From: a virus
Lineage: Duplodnaviria; Caudoviricetes
Length of the DNA stretch: 48,415 nucleotides
Reading direction: 5' to 3' (one strand)
IMG/VR virus record: IMGVR_UViG_3300020045_010222
Span: 1 to 48,415 of that record
Position numbers and translations under genes: made by a program. Positions within the stretch are counted from its first letter, which is position 1, and each line of letters starts with the position of its first letter. This document shows positions 1 through 9,597 of this stretch, one piece after another. The notes under the pieces are model-generated. The model ran no database searches and was not told the origin of the DNA. It worked only from the letters and a program-made list of their open reading frames with translations.

Positions 1-111
1 GACTTTCTTTATCGGCTTCATTGTTGAATAAATATTATGAAAATTTTAAGAAAAGACCATTTTTAGTAAAGCTAATCGACTTAATATTTAACGGTTAAAA
101 TTAATATTTAT

Positions 112-267
112 ATGTCAAACTACACTAAATCTCAATGTGAAGAAAGAATAGAATTCTACACAGACAAAATAAATCACTTCAAAGAAAAAAGCCCGGAAAA
201 TCTTCACAATATTTCTGTTTATGAAAAGCTTCGGGAATTCTGGATAAATCAACTTAAAAAACTATAA
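112..267 (+). CDS. Small hypothetical protein (51 aa)
   Basis: Hand-translated MSNYTKSQCEERIEFY...NQLKKL; below the ORF-track cutoff, packed against the next gene. Confidence 0.55.
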   Translation: MSNYTKSQCEERIEFYTDKINHFKEKSPENLHNISVYEKLREFWINQLKKL

Positions 268-270
268 TGT

Positions 271-549
271 ATGACTTATCAAAACGAAAGAAGGTATTTG
301 TTTGGCTGCGCCGGAAAAGTTCAGCATAAAACTTCGATTTCAGCTGAATTCGCATTGCTTCATGATCATATAAACGAAAGCAATTGTGAAATATATCCAT
401 GCGGATTTTGCGGTTTTCTTCACATAGGCACTTTATGGGAGGAAAAACAAAAAACAAGAATTAAAGTCCAGAAATCAAAGTTGCAAACCAAAAGGCAGCG
501 AAAAGAAATGATGTTTAACAAAAAGAAAATCCGTCGAAAAGGGCGGTAA
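271..549 (+). CDS. Hypothetical Zn-binding phage protein
   Basis: CAGKVQH...YPCGFCGFLHIG Cys/His pattern. Confidence 0.6.
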   Translation: MTYQNERRYLFGCAGKVQHKTSISAEFALLHDHINESNCEIYPCGFCGFLHIGTLWEEKQKTRIKVQKSKLQTKRQRKEMMFNKKKIRRKGR

Positions 550-557
550 TAGAAATT

Positions 558-911
558 ATGAAACTACCAAGATTACCAGTAAGAGTTATAAATAGTGAAT
601 GCTGTGTTTTTTGTAAAGAATGTAGAAGCACTATGACAAGAAAGCCTTTTTTATTTGGGAAAAGGACATGTGATAACAACGAATGTAAAACCCATTTAGA
701 ACAATACATTCAAAGCCTTAATTATTTATCTGAAAAGCAAAAGCAAAAACAAGAAATTGACATTGTCACAGAATTAACCCGTAATATTTGGAACAAAATT
801 ATTGCTGAACCTAAAAATGAAAAAGGAAGTTTTAATTTTAGTCCTGAAAAACTACGGAAGGTTATTGAAGAAACAATATCTACTAACCAACCTAATTTTA
901 AAGAACATTAA
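558..911 (+). CDS. Hypothetical Cys-rich protein
   Basis: CKEC...CDNNEC putative Zn site. Confidence 0.6.
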   Translation: MKLPRLPVRVINSECCVFCKECRSTMTRKPFLFGKRTCDNNECKTHLEQYIQSLNYLSEKQKQKQEIDIVTELTRNIWNKIIAEPKNEKGSFNFSPEKLRKVIEETISTNQPNFKEH

Positions 912-923
912 AAAAAATAGATT

Positions 924-1118
924 ATGAAACAAACAATTGCAATTGTACTAGCTGCCTTATTGTCAATTTTATTTTTAGTTTATGTAACAATGAATATATC
1001 TGCAAATAACAGAGAGAAATCATTAAGAAACGCCATTGAAAGCAAAATTAAAGACAACAAAAACGTTTATACTGCCATGTGGGAAATTTTAAAAGAGCAG
1101 GTGGGGAATATTAAATGA
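924..1118 (+). CDS. Small membrane-anchored protein, possibly a truncated LemA-like gene
   Basis: N-terminal TM helix followed by a short helical segment. Confidence 0.5.
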   Translation: MKQTIAIVLAALLSILFLVYVTMNISANNREKSLRNAIESKIKDNKNVYTAMWEILKEQVGNIK

Positions 1119-1160
1119 AGTAGAGCAGGAAATAAGTTAAAAACAAACAAAAACATATTT

Positions 1161-1189
1161 AAAACTGCTAAAAACCGAGCAGTTTTTTT
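1161..1189 (+). terminator. Intrinsic terminator
   Basis: AAAACTGCT/AGCAGTTTT hairpin plus T run. Confidence 0.7.
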
Positions 1190-1219
1190 AATTTAACAGC
1201 ATATTTATGTAAAAAAGCG

Positions 1220-1227
1220 TATATTTG
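1220..1227 (+). promoter_or_regulatory. Bacteroidota -7 promoter element
   Basis: TATATTTG, intergenic, after a terminator and before ORF 1252. Confidence 0.6.
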
Positions 1228-1251
1228 CTTTAATCAAAATAAATAATTCAA

Positions 1252-1446
1252 ATGGCGCCAAATGAAACATACTCGCATAAAGATTTAACTGATTCTTTAG
1301 TTCGTTTAGGAAATTCGGTTAGTAAATTAAGTGTTTCTTTTGAGGGATTAAATGAGGTACACAAGATTTTTAAATCAAATGAGCCATTGCCGGAACCAAA
1401 ATCAAAATACATCAATAAGCCGAGGCATAATTTTAAAAGAAGGTAG
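1252..1446 (+). CDS. Hypothetical protein
   Basis: ORF downstream of promoter. Confidence 0.55.
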   Translation: MAPNETYSHKDLTDSLVRLGNSVSKLSVSFEGLNEVHKIFKSNEPLPEPKSKYINKPRHNFKRR

Positions 1447-1448
1447 TT

Positions 1449-1823
1449 ATGGAAAATAAAATAATCATTACTAAAAAAGATATTTTAACGCCAGAATTTG
1501 ATCGAGATTGTGAAGCTTTGAAATTTACTATTCGCTTACTTATGTTTTTAAATACAATTACATTCGGACTTATAGAAAAGCGTTTAGAATATCAATTAGA
1601 TATTATTTACGGCATATGGCTTAAAAAGCTTGAAAACGGTGATTACTTTTTAAATAATAAAAAAAATATAGCAATTTTAGAAGTAAAAGACGGAAAAATA
1701 TTTGTAGAAGGAGTTGAAACGATTGATGCTGAATTGATTGGAATGGCTTTTAAAGATTTTGCTGAACAATTACATGCAAATAAAAAAGATTTTAATTCAG
1801 ATTATCCAGAAGTAACTTATTAA
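1449..1823 (+). CDS. Hypothetical protein
   Basis: Tightly packed ORF. Confidence 0.65.
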   Translation: MENKIIITKKDILTPEFDRDCEALKFTIRLLMFLNTITFGLIEKRLEYQLDIIYGIWLKKLENGDYFLNNKKNIAILEVKDGKIFVEGVETIDAELIGMAFKDFAEQLHANKKDFNSDYPEVTY

Positions 1824-1835
1824 AAATAGCAATAT

Positions 1836-2171
1836 ATGAAACCAAAATTTTTCAAAGAACACACAGTAGAATTAAAAAAACCTGCATCAATGACAGATGA
1901 ACAATGCAGTTCGTTATATGTTCATCAAGACATAGTAAATCAAACATGCATTTCTTTATGGTCTGTTCCATTCTGGCAGCGAGTTAAGTTTTTATTTCAT
2001 GGTCACATTTGGTTAGGTGTTCTTTCCGGGAGTACACAACCGCCTGTTTGGTTACATTGTACTAAAACAGTATTTATTAAACAGGAAAAAGAATGTATCG
2101 ATTTAGATAAAGCTCAATACGCTTTAAGAGAAATAGCCCAAAATGAAGGAATCAATTTAAATAGCAAATAA
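1836..2171 (+). CDS. Hypothetical phage protein
   Basis: Tightly packed ORF; CSSLYV...ISLW...QPPVWL pattern. Confidence 0.7.
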   Translation: MKPKFFKEHTVELKKPASMTDEQCSSLYVHQDIVNQTCISLWSVPFWQRVKFLFHGHIWLGVLSGSTQPPVWLHCTKTVFIKQEKECIDLDKAQYALREIAQNEGINLNSK

Positions 2172-2173
2172 TT

Positions 2174-2719
2174 ATGATAGGATTTTACGATTTAGAGACA
2201 GGCGGATTTAGTATCACCAAAAACGCAATATGCGAAATAGCAATGATTGCAGTTAATCCGGAAACATTAGAAATAACTAATGAGTTTCACAAACTTATTA
2301 AACCTTACACCCGAGCTGATGATACAGATGAATTGGTTTCTTATAAGCCGGATGCAATGGCGGTAAACGGATTAAGCGAACAGCAATTAATCGATGAGGG
2401 TTTTGATGTTACGGAAGTATGCGTAATGCTAAACGATTTCATCATCGAAAACGATATTAAAATTTTGATTGGTCATTGTTCCAGAACATTCGATAATCCA
2501 AGGTTAAAATATTTATTGGAAAGATTTTTAAATATTAATATTTTTAAAGAAATTCTTATTGATGATACTCATGATATTGCTAAAGATTTAATTTCATTAC
2601 CAAATTATAAACTAAAAACCATTTGCGATCATTACGGAATCACCAACAGCAAAGAACATTCCGCTTTAGGCGATACTTATGCAACTTTCGAGGTATGGAA
2701 AAAACTAACTCAAATTTAA
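2174..2719 (+). CDS. DEDDh 3'-5' exonuclease (DnaQ/Pol III epsilon-like)
   Basis: Exo I YDLETGG, Exo II GHCSRTFD, Exo III HSALGD. Confidence 0.92.
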   Translation: MIGFYDLETGGFSITKNAICEIAMIAVNPETLEITNEFHKLIKPYTRADDTDELVSYKPDAMAVNGLSEQQLIDEGFDVTEVCVMLNDFIIENDIKILIGHCSRTFDNPRLKYLLERFLNINIFKEILIDDTHDIAKDLISLPNYKLKTICDHYGITNSKEHSALGDTYATFEVWKKLTQI

Positions 2720-2723
2720 ACCT

Positions 2724-2951
2724 ATGAAATTTTTAAGTAAAATATCATTTTTCCAGAAACAGGATAAAAGGAAAATACAAATGCCGGAACCTGATGGAAT
2801 GCAAGAACGGGTAAGAATTGATTACCAGGAATATTTGTTAATTCAATCAAAAGAATCTAATTTACCTAAAAAACAAAGAGATTTAATCGCTGCGAGAATT
2901 AACGCTTACATTGCTTTAGGATATTTAAAGGTTTTGGAAGATGAAAAGTAA
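2724..2951 (+). CDS. Hypothetical protein
   Basis: Packed ORF. Confidence 0.65.
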   Translation: MKFLSKISFFQKQDKRKIQMPEPDGMQERVRIDYQEYLLIQSKESNLPKKQRDLIAARINAYIALGYLKVLEDEK

Positions 2952-3044
2952 ATTGGAAAGAATATTGATTGTAATGGAGTTTTATCATGCCAGAGGAATA
3001 AACAAAGAATCTGTAAATGAAATTTACCGTAAAATAATTAACTA

Positions 3045-3260
3045 ATGAATAAAACACAAATAATTGATAAATGCATTCAAGAGTTATTTAAAAATGGATT
3101 TACATATCTTTATCATGGAAGAGGTATTAATAAAATAACTTCTGATAGTGTAATAGCTTTTATAACTTTTCAGCAAAGAATGAGAAACGAACATCAATAT
3201 GTTACTTATTCTTTCAAAAAAGTTTGTGAATATGGAATATGTGTTATAAAATTACTTTAA
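3045..3260 (+). CDS. Hypothetical protein
   Basis: Packed ORF. Confidence 0.6.
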   Translation: MNKTQIIDKCIQELFKNGFTYLYHGRGINKITSDSVIAFITFQQRMRNEHQYVTYSFKKVCEYGICVIKLL

Positions 3261-3407
3261 ATGATAAAGCAAATAAAAATACGTAAAAAACCATATTTAA
3301 TAATTATTACAAAGTTTGGAAATGATTATTACCATTATCACTTAAACGATCTTTCTACAAGAAATAAATTTTGTGATATAGGTGCATGGTATATAAAATA
3401 TAAATAA
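3261..3407 (+). CDS. Small hypothetical protein (48 aa)
   Basis: Hand-translated MIKQIKIRKK...IGAWYIKYK; exactly fills the gap between 3260 and terS. Confidence 0.55.
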   Translation: MIKQIKIRKKPYLIIITKFGNDYYHYHLNDLSTRNKFCDIGAWYIKYK

Positions 3408-3408
3408 A

Positions 3409-4017
3409 ATGGCAGAAAAAAAATTAACATATAAACAAGAGGCATTTGCTCAGGCTTACATGCGTACAGGCGATAAATCAGCAGCATACAGAGAAGTTTA
3501 TAAGTGCGACAAAATGAAGTCAAACATAATAAACTCAAAGGCTTACGAGGTGTCTGTTAACGGTTCGGTAATGGCTAGGGTTCAAGAGCTTCAAAAGCAA
3601 GCTGAAAAAATAGCTAAAGAAAAGTTCGGTGTTACCTCTGAAGAGATCCTTCGGCATCTAAATATATTAAGAACTTCACGCATTGATCAGTACGTTAAAT
3701 TCGTTCATGATAAGGTAAAAACTGAAGAATTAGACGAAAACGGTAAAGAAATTTATATTGAAGTGCCGAGAGCGGTTTTTAAGCCATTCGAGGAATTAAC
3801 CGAGGAACAATTGATGTGTATTGAATCAATTAAAGTCAATCGTTATAAAGAAGTAGAATTAAAACTTCACGGTAAAGAATGGACTATTGATAAAATTAAT
3901 AAGCATATCGGATTCTATGAGAAAGACAATAAGCAAAAGAATTCAGCAGATGCATTAAATATTGAGGATAAAACGGCTAGAATTAATGAATTGATGGAGA
4001 AATTGAACAAAAAGTAA
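3409..4017 (+). CDS. terS: Terminase small subunit
   Basis: LTYKQEAFAQAY...SAAYREVY HTH N-terminus, ELKLHGK...KHIG C-terminus, upstream of TerL. Confidence 0.9.
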   Translation: MAEKKLTYKQEAFAQAYMRTGDKSAAYREVYKCDKMKSNIINSKAYEVSVNGSVMARVQELQKQAEKIAKEKFGVTSEEILRHLNILRTSRIDQYVKFVHDKVKTEELDENGKEIYIEVPRAVFKPFEELTEEQLMCIESIKVNRYKEVELKLHGKEWTIDKINKHIGFYEKDNKQKNSADALNIEDKTARINELMEKLNKK

Positions 4018-4097
4018 CGCTCAAAATCCTTAAATTTATCTTTTGTCTAAAAATATACGGGGTTTTAACCAAAAAAATAACGCTTAAAGGTTTTATT

Positions 4098-4376
4098 ATG
4101 AAAGCAAAACTGTTAAAGATAATTAGAAATAGATTTACAATAATTCAATATTGGGATCATGATTCTGTTATAATGGTAAGAAATAAGAAAACAAGGTTTG
4201 TTTCGTATCATTCCGGCAAAGATGTTTTTAAACTTATGTACGAAACTGTTTGTTGGCAGATATGGAATACTTTTGATTATCGATTAATGTGGGGGAATAG
4301 AATTCAAGCAAGGCGACAAAGAGCATTAAGAAAACAATTCGAAACTAAAAGACTAAATAATGAAAACACAAATTAA
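4098..4376 (+). CDS. Hypothetical basic protein (paralog of 26615-26875)
   Basis: MKAKLLKIIRNRF N-terminus; sits between terS and terL. Confidence 0.65.
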   Translation: MKAKLLKIIRNRFTIIQYWDHDSVIMVRNKKTRFVSYHSGKDVFKLMYETVCWQIWNTFDYRLMWGNRIQARRQRALRKQFETKRLNNENTN

Positions 4377-4497
4377 AAAATATATCTCTATGATTTCTTT
4401 TCAAGTGGGGGTAAATTGTATTGGAATTCCGGTTTTTTATAATCATTACTTTGTAAAAGGCGTATCGCAAACGGTAAGTAAAAACAAATATTTTTAA

Positions 4498-6021
4498 ATG
4501 TCAAAAATAACGCTTAACGAATTAGACGAATTACTAGAGCTTTTAACGATGCAGCGTGCTGATCAGTTAAAAGCTTCTTTGTTTGAATTCGTGAAAGAAT
4601 TTTGGTCTGTGATCATAACGGATGAATATGTACATAACTGGCATATTGAATTACTTTGTGATGAAATACAATTAGTTGTTGATAAATACGTTTTGGACCG
4701 CGCGCCACATATACCTGATGATAAATGGTATGTTGGACAAACGCAAAACATAAAAAAGAATCTTTTATTTAATGTTCCTCCTGGAACTTCAAAGAGTACA
4801 ATTACATCCAGAATATTGCCGGCTTGGATTTGGGCTAATAATGATTCTAAAACCGTAATGAATAATACAGTATCATCAAGTAATGCTAATGAATTTTCTT
4901 CAAAATCAAAAGATATTATTGAGAGCGAATTGTTCCATTCTTATTTTCCAAATGTAAAAATAAGGCGAGATGTTTCTGCAAAAACATTTTATCAGACCGA
5001 ATCCGGGGGCGTTAGATTTTCATATAGTACTTTTGGATCCGTTACCGGAAAGCATGCGAGTATTTTAATTGATGATGATAGAATGGACGTTTCGATTGCT
5101 GATAGTCCGGCAGATCGTAAAAGAGCGATTAATCAATTTAAAGCATTTCAAACCAGAAAGAAGGATAAAGCTAAAACACCTTACATTTTGGTTGAGCAAA
5201 GATTATCAAGTAAAGACACTACGGCACATTGTTTGAATGTTTTTAAAGATGAATGTCGTCATATTTGTTTACCGGCGGAAAACGTTTATAAAAACGTATC
5301 ACCTGCCGGAATTGAAGAGTATTATATTGATGGTTTATTAGATCCGGTTCGTTTGAGCCGTGAAATATTAAAGTCTACAAAAATGGGATTGCTAGATGAA
5401 ACAAAACCTATTTCCGATATCGCGTTTAATATTCAATTTAATCAGGCTTCGGAAACAGCTGAAGGTTTACTTTACGGAAAATTGAACATGGTTAAATCTT
5501 TGCCAGAAAACCGAGAAGGAGCAATAAGATTATCATTTACCGATGTTGCTGATACCGGAAGTGATTATTTTGCAACTCCATTTGTTGAAATCAATAAAAA
5601 TAAGATCTATATTTTCGATGCAATTTACACGCAGGAAGGTTCTGCAATAACCTCTGCTAAGATTAAACAGAAAATTGAAACTCATGGCAGTATTGTAAAT
5701 AGAATTGAGGTAAACAATCAAGGAAGCGTATTTGTGACTTTATTACAACAAATGGGCGTAAATGTATCAGGTTATTATTCTGATGGCAATAAAGAGCAAA
5801 GAATAAGCGCTTGGGCGCAATTTATATCATTTATATATTTTGTAGAACCAAATGACAACAGTTCGCAGGAATACAGACAATTCATAAAACACATACAATC
5901 ATTCCCTATGATTGGTAAACACGATGACGGACACGATGATGCGGAGGACGCAATGACAGAAATGATGCGTTACATCTGGACTAATATGCGTCATTTGTTT
6001 ATGGTTCAAAACGCTGTTTAA
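4498..6021 (+). CDS. terL: Terminase large subunit
   Basis: Walker A NVPPGTSKST, Walker B ILIDD, nuclease DVADTGSD and HDDAED. Confidence 0.95.
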   Translation: MSKITLNELDELLELLTMQRADQLKASLFEFVKEFWSVIITDEYVHNWHIELLCDEIQLVVDKYVLDRAPHIPDDKWYVGQTQNIKKNLLFNVPPGTSKSTITSRILPAWIWANNDSKTVMNNTVSSSNANEFSSKSKDIIESELFHSYFPNVKIRRDVSAKTFYQTESGGVRFSYSTFGSVTGKHASILIDDDRMDVSIADSPADRKRAINQFKAFQTRKKDKAKTPYILVEQRLSSKDTTAHCLNVFKDECRHICLPAENVYKNVSPAGIEEYYIDGLLDPVRLSREILKSTKMGLLDETKPISDIAFNIQFNQASETAEGLLYGKLNMVKSLPENREGAIRLSFTDVADTGSDYFATPFVEINKNKIYIFDAIYTQEGSAITSAKIKQKIETHGSIVNRIEVNNQGSVFVTLLQQMGVNVSGYYSDGNKEQRISAWAQFISFIYFVEPNDNSSQEYRQFIKHIQSFPMIGKHDDGHDDAEDAMTEMMRYIWTNMRHLFMVQNAV

Positions 6022-6033
6022 AATACGTTTGTT

Positions 6034-6052
6034 ATTTAGAATGAATATTGAT
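6034..6052. promoter_or_regulatory. 19-bp Fur-box-like palindrome, copy 1
   Basis: ATTTAGAATGAATATTGAT (14/19 to ATTTAGAATTATTCTAAAT). Confidence 0.55.
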
Positions 6053-6084
6053 AACGGTTTTTGGTTAAAAATGTTTAGATAATA

Positions 6085-6116
6085 TTTGGTGGTTAAATGT
6101 ATAATTTATACATTTA
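6085..6116 (+). promoter_or_regulatory. Promoter overlapped by TGTAT-N5-ATACA operator (6098-6112)
   Basis: -33 TTTG at 6085, 20-nt spacer, -7 TACATTTA at 6109. Confidence 0.65.
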
Positions 6117-6174
6117 CTATATCAAAATGAAACATGTTTGATAATCGGATTACCCGAATTTACTATTTATTCTG

Positions 6175-6210
6175 AAAAGGGTTGCGAAGTACAATAACAA
6201 CCCTTTTTTT
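6175..6210 (+). terminator. Leader hairpin/terminator with CGAAGTACAATAA loop
   Basis: AAAAGGGTTG/CAACCCTTTT stem plus T run. Confidence 0.6.
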
Positions 6211-6369
6211 AAAAAAAATCATTTAACAATTTAAAACTATAGAAATCATGTTAACACTATCAAACAAAAAAGTAAAAAGAGAAAGCAATTTGAAATCAGC
6301 TATTTATTTTATTATAGCATTAGCAATATTATTAATTCCGGTTCTTATCTGGGGTGATGTTTCTTAGTT

Positions 6370-6558
6370 ATGGACAGCAAAATAACAGCGGATATTATTA
6401 TGTCTGGGCTTCTAACAATATTTGTAGCAATTAGTTTTATGTATTTTATGAAATTTTTTAATAAAAAAGAATACTTCTGTTCTGGATTATCATTATCTGC
6501 AATTATAATTACATCAACAATGTTGATAAACTTTGTAATATCTAATTTAAATCAATAA
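6370..6558 (+). CDS. Small membrane protein
   Basis: Two hydrophobic helices. Confidence 0.6.
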   Translation: MDSKITADIIMSGLLTIFVAISFMYFMKFFNKKEYFCSGLSLSAIIITSTMLINFVISNLNQ

Positions 6559-6568
6559 AAACTACATT

Positions 6569-7720
6569 ATGAAAAAAGCAATAGCAATGAAATGCACAAG
6601 AGAACAGTTTGAAGCCATAAAACCTAAGTTGTCTGATTTATATAAATCAATTGATAAAGATTTTGAATCAAATAATTATTTAACTAATAATTGGGGTGGA
6701 TCCCTTCAATTAGGAAATGCATCAAAACAACATTCAAGGATTAGGATGTGTGAAGTTTTCGAAACATGGGATGAAAAAGCATTTCTTGAGGCGTGTGGGA
6801 TTGAAACGAAAGTTTCTCCCACTTTAGAAGAAATATTTAGGCATTTTAAAAAAGCAGAAACAGTAAAATGTCTTTTGACTAAAAAAGAATATTTCTTAGA
6901 TTTAGATCAAATGATTACTGAAGAATTTGAACCAATGAAATACAAAGTGTTTGTTTCAAATCAATTAAGCTTTATTGATAAAAAAGTAAATAACATTTTG
7001 ATTTATGACAGTTTAACAGGTTTTGCTAAAATCATTTCAAAAAAACCTTCAAAACTTGAATCGCTACAAAAAAGGGTTGAGCTTTTGGAAAACAAAGTTG
7101 ATTTGAAAAAGATTGCTGATATGCCGGATAATCCATTTAAAAAGATTTTAGAATTCGGAGATACTCCTGAACATTTTTTGAAATTAAACTTTGGTATCGA
7201 CTTTGGCAAACCAGATTCTCATAATGATATTCTTTCACCGAATGTTGATATAAAAATTAGTGAGAATCTTAAGAATGAGTTAAAAAACGGCGATCTTAAA
7301 GTTGGTTACGGAAAAGGCGAAGATTATCATGAAGTATCAGAACCTTTTGATTTCCAAAAACTTTTTTCAGATGATGCATTATGGATGAATAAGCTATTTG
7401 GTGTTCCTACTGAAATTTTAAAATCAAGATTTGCAACTTATGAAAGTATTGATGCATTTAAAAAAGCTTTCGATTCAATCGATACCGATCCAAAGTCAGA
7501 AGTAAACAGATTAAAGCTTAGAAATGAAGAATTAGAAGCTGAAATGAAACATATTTTATCCGGCGGGAAATCTAAGTGGGAAAAAGAGATTGAAGAGCTT
7601 AGAACAGAAAACCTAGAACTAAAAGGAAATGTTACCTTTTGGAAAAAAGAAGCAGCAGGATTAAGAGAGTTTGTCGAAGAAATTAAAAACACAACTCATA
7701 ATTTTTTAGGAATGAAATAG
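6569..7720 (+). CDS. Mosaic hypothetical protein with coiled-coil C-terminus and portal-like segment
   Basis: 383-aa ORF; heptad-rich C-terminus; LFGVPTEIL...ATYES segment. Confidence 0.8.
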   Translation: MKKAIAMKCTREQFEAIKPKLSDLYKSIDKDFESNNYLTNNWGGSLQLGNASKQHSRIRMCEVFETWDEKAFLEACGIETKVSPTLEEIFRHFKKAETVKCLLTKKEYFLDLDQMITEEFEPMKYKVFVSNQLSFIDKKVNNILIYDSLTGFAKIISKKPSKLESLQKRVELLENKVDLKKIADMPDNPFKKILEFGDTPEHFLKLNFGIDFGKPDSHNDILSPNVDIKISENLKNELKNGDLKVGYGKGEDYHEVSEPFDFQKLFSDDALWMNKLFGVPTEILKSRFATYESIDAFKKAFDSIDTDPKSEVNRLKLRNEELEAEMKHILSGGKSKWEKEIEELRTENLELKGNVTFWKKEAAGLREFVEEIKNTTHNFLGMK

Positions 7721-7873
7721 CAATTATCAACCATGTAATTAAATAATTAAATTTAAAACTAATACGCACTTTTAGTTTTCTTTATCTAATATAGGTTTAT
7801 TTTAATTACAAAAACTTCATGCGAATAACAGTAACATGAAGTTATATTTTTTCAACTCTAAAACAAAAAGCAA

Positions 7874-8155
7874 ATGACCAATAATCCTCCACCTACCTTT
7901 TCATGGGATTGTCTAAAACCTTTTACGCCTTGTTGGTGTGAATCTCATAAATATTTGAATCATCCAAAATGCAGAGCACAGCCGGATGCTGCACCACTCG
8001 ATAATCCATACTTCATTTTAATTATGATTGTTGCTGGAATTGTTTTAATATTAATCAAACTAAAAATTATCAACATGAAAAATCTATTCAACAAAGTATC
8101 AACATTCCTATGGGGCGAAAAATCGTTTCGTTGGGGAGAATTAAAAGGATTGTAG
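7874..8155 (+). CDS. Cys-rich peptide with TM helix and PID-CTERM-like motif
   Basis: 4 Cys, then AAPLDN, hydrophobic helix with AG, then KLK. Confidence 0.55.
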   Translation: MTNNPPPTFSWDCLKPFTPCWCESHKYLNHPKCRAQPDAAPLDNPYFILIMIVAGIVLILIKLKIINMKNLFNKVSTFLWGEKSFRWGELKGL

Positions 8156-8157
8156 TT

Positions 8158-8406
8158 ATGGGAAGCAAAGCAACAGAAAAAGCAAAATATTATGCGCTAG
8201 GTAAATCATCATCAGATGTATTTAGAAAAGCTCATGAAACTGATTTTATAAATGGATATAACCAAGCAATTGAAGATTCTTTAGCGCCTGAAATGTTGGA
8301 GGTTATTAAAAAATACCACTCATTATTAGAAGAACATCAGCCAAATTGGTATTTGCTAGGGCATCATAATGAATTGCTAGAATTAACGAAAAAAGCCACC
8401 GAGTAA
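8158..8406 (+). CDS. Hypothetical protein
   Basis: Start moved to ATG 8158 (MGSKATEKA), just after the upstream stop; APEMLE motif. Confidence 0.6.
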   Translation: MGSKATEKAKYYALGKSSSDVFRKAHETDFINGYNQAIEDSLAPEMLEVIKKYHSLLEEHQPNWYLLGHHNELLELTKKATE

Positions 8407-8439
8407 CAAAACAAAACATCAACAATAAAAAAATAGGTT

Positions 8440-8646
8440 ATGAAACTAGAAATAGGAATGCATGTTAAACTAAAAAACGACATTGAAAATCTAAAAGATT
8501 TCTCAGGCACAACTAAACAAGTTACTGGATATCTAAGAGAGTATGCAAATAAACCAGCTTATGAATTAGATAACGAAAAAGATGCCATATACCAAGCATG
8601 TGATTTCGAATATTGTATTGAATATCCAAACATGGAAATTGAGTAA
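8440..8646 (+). CDS. Hypothetical protein, SH3/KOW-like
   Basis: LEIGMHVKLK N-terminus. Confidence 0.6.
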   Translation: MKLEIGMHVKLKNDIENLKDFSGTTKQVTGYLREYANKPAYELDNEKDAIYQACDFEYCIEYPNMEIE

Positions 8647-8665
8647 CCAAAAACAATCACACAAG

Positions 8666-8947
8666 ATGAAAAAGCACGGAATGAACTTTAAATTTGGGCC
8701 GTATTCTTTTGAAGATTTAGGAGGATATAAAGTTGGAGAAATCAAAATAAAATCTACTCTTCCTTATTCATATACAGAAGAATTTTGCATTGAATGTGAT
8801 TCAGTAAAACCTTTTATAGGAGGCCATATTTGTTTATATTGTGGTTCTTTTGGTCCGGTTGGAGATTTTCATGATGAAGATATTACAGAAGCGGAATGGG
8901 AGGAATACATTAGAGTGCATTTAAAAAATACTAAAAATGACAGGTAA
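8666..8947 (+). CDS. Hypothetical Zn-ribbon protein
   Basis: CIECD...CLYCG; start moved to 8666. Confidence 0.6.
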   Translation: MKKHGMNFKFGPYSFEDLGGYKVGEIKIKSTLPYSYTEEFCIECDSVKPFIGGHICLYCGSFGPVGDFHDEDITEAEWEEYIRVHLKNTKNDR

Positions 8948-9123
8948 AGAAAGAATAATAAAACAGAAAATATTGATTCATTTAATTGCAATTATTATTG
9001 TGATAATTTTTATTTCGATATTATAAACCACCAATTTACTAACCTACTTGTAAGGAATACTTGCGAGTTAAAAACCACGAGATTATCGCAATATCTCGCA
9101 TTATTTACTAAAAAACTAAAATT

Positions 9124-9597
9124 ATGGAAAAATTAATGTCAAATACCGAATATGGTAAATATTTAAATACTCTAAATATCCCAGATTATGAGTACAGATA
9201 CAGAAGATCAAAATACGACGAATTATTATCACAACCTTTAACACTTGGAATGTTTATTCCTTGTGATTTGGATGGTAATGTTTTGGAAGAGCCGGAATGG
9301 TGGTATAGATATTGTAACGGAGCAACTCCTTTTATGAATTCAGACGAAATAAGACCATGTCAAGAGTATAAAAAAGCAAAATCACGTGTTTTATTTGAAG
9401 GGTTTAAACAAAATATTTTTAATGCGACTGGAAGTTTTGAAATTATAAACGAAGCAGGTTTTCAGGTTTGTGCTTATAAAGCTTTACCACAATATTTTTT
9501 ATGGCTTGGTTGTCCTGAGGAAAGAAATATTGAATCTTTAATAAAATTTAATCCAAACTTGATATTAAGCGAAACGGCCAAAAGTCAACTATCATGA
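9124..9597 (+). CDS. Hypothetical phage protein
   Basis: 157-aa ORF with QPLTLGMFIPCD...VLFEGF pattern. Confidence 0.75.
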   Translation: MEKLMSNTEYGKYLNTLNIPDYEYRYRRSKYDELLSQPLTLGMFIPCDLDGNVLEEPEWWYRYCNGATPFMNSDEIRPCQEYKKAKSRVLFEGFKQNIFNATGSFEIINEAGFQVCAYKALPQYFLWLGCPEERNIESLIKFNPNLILSETAKSQLS

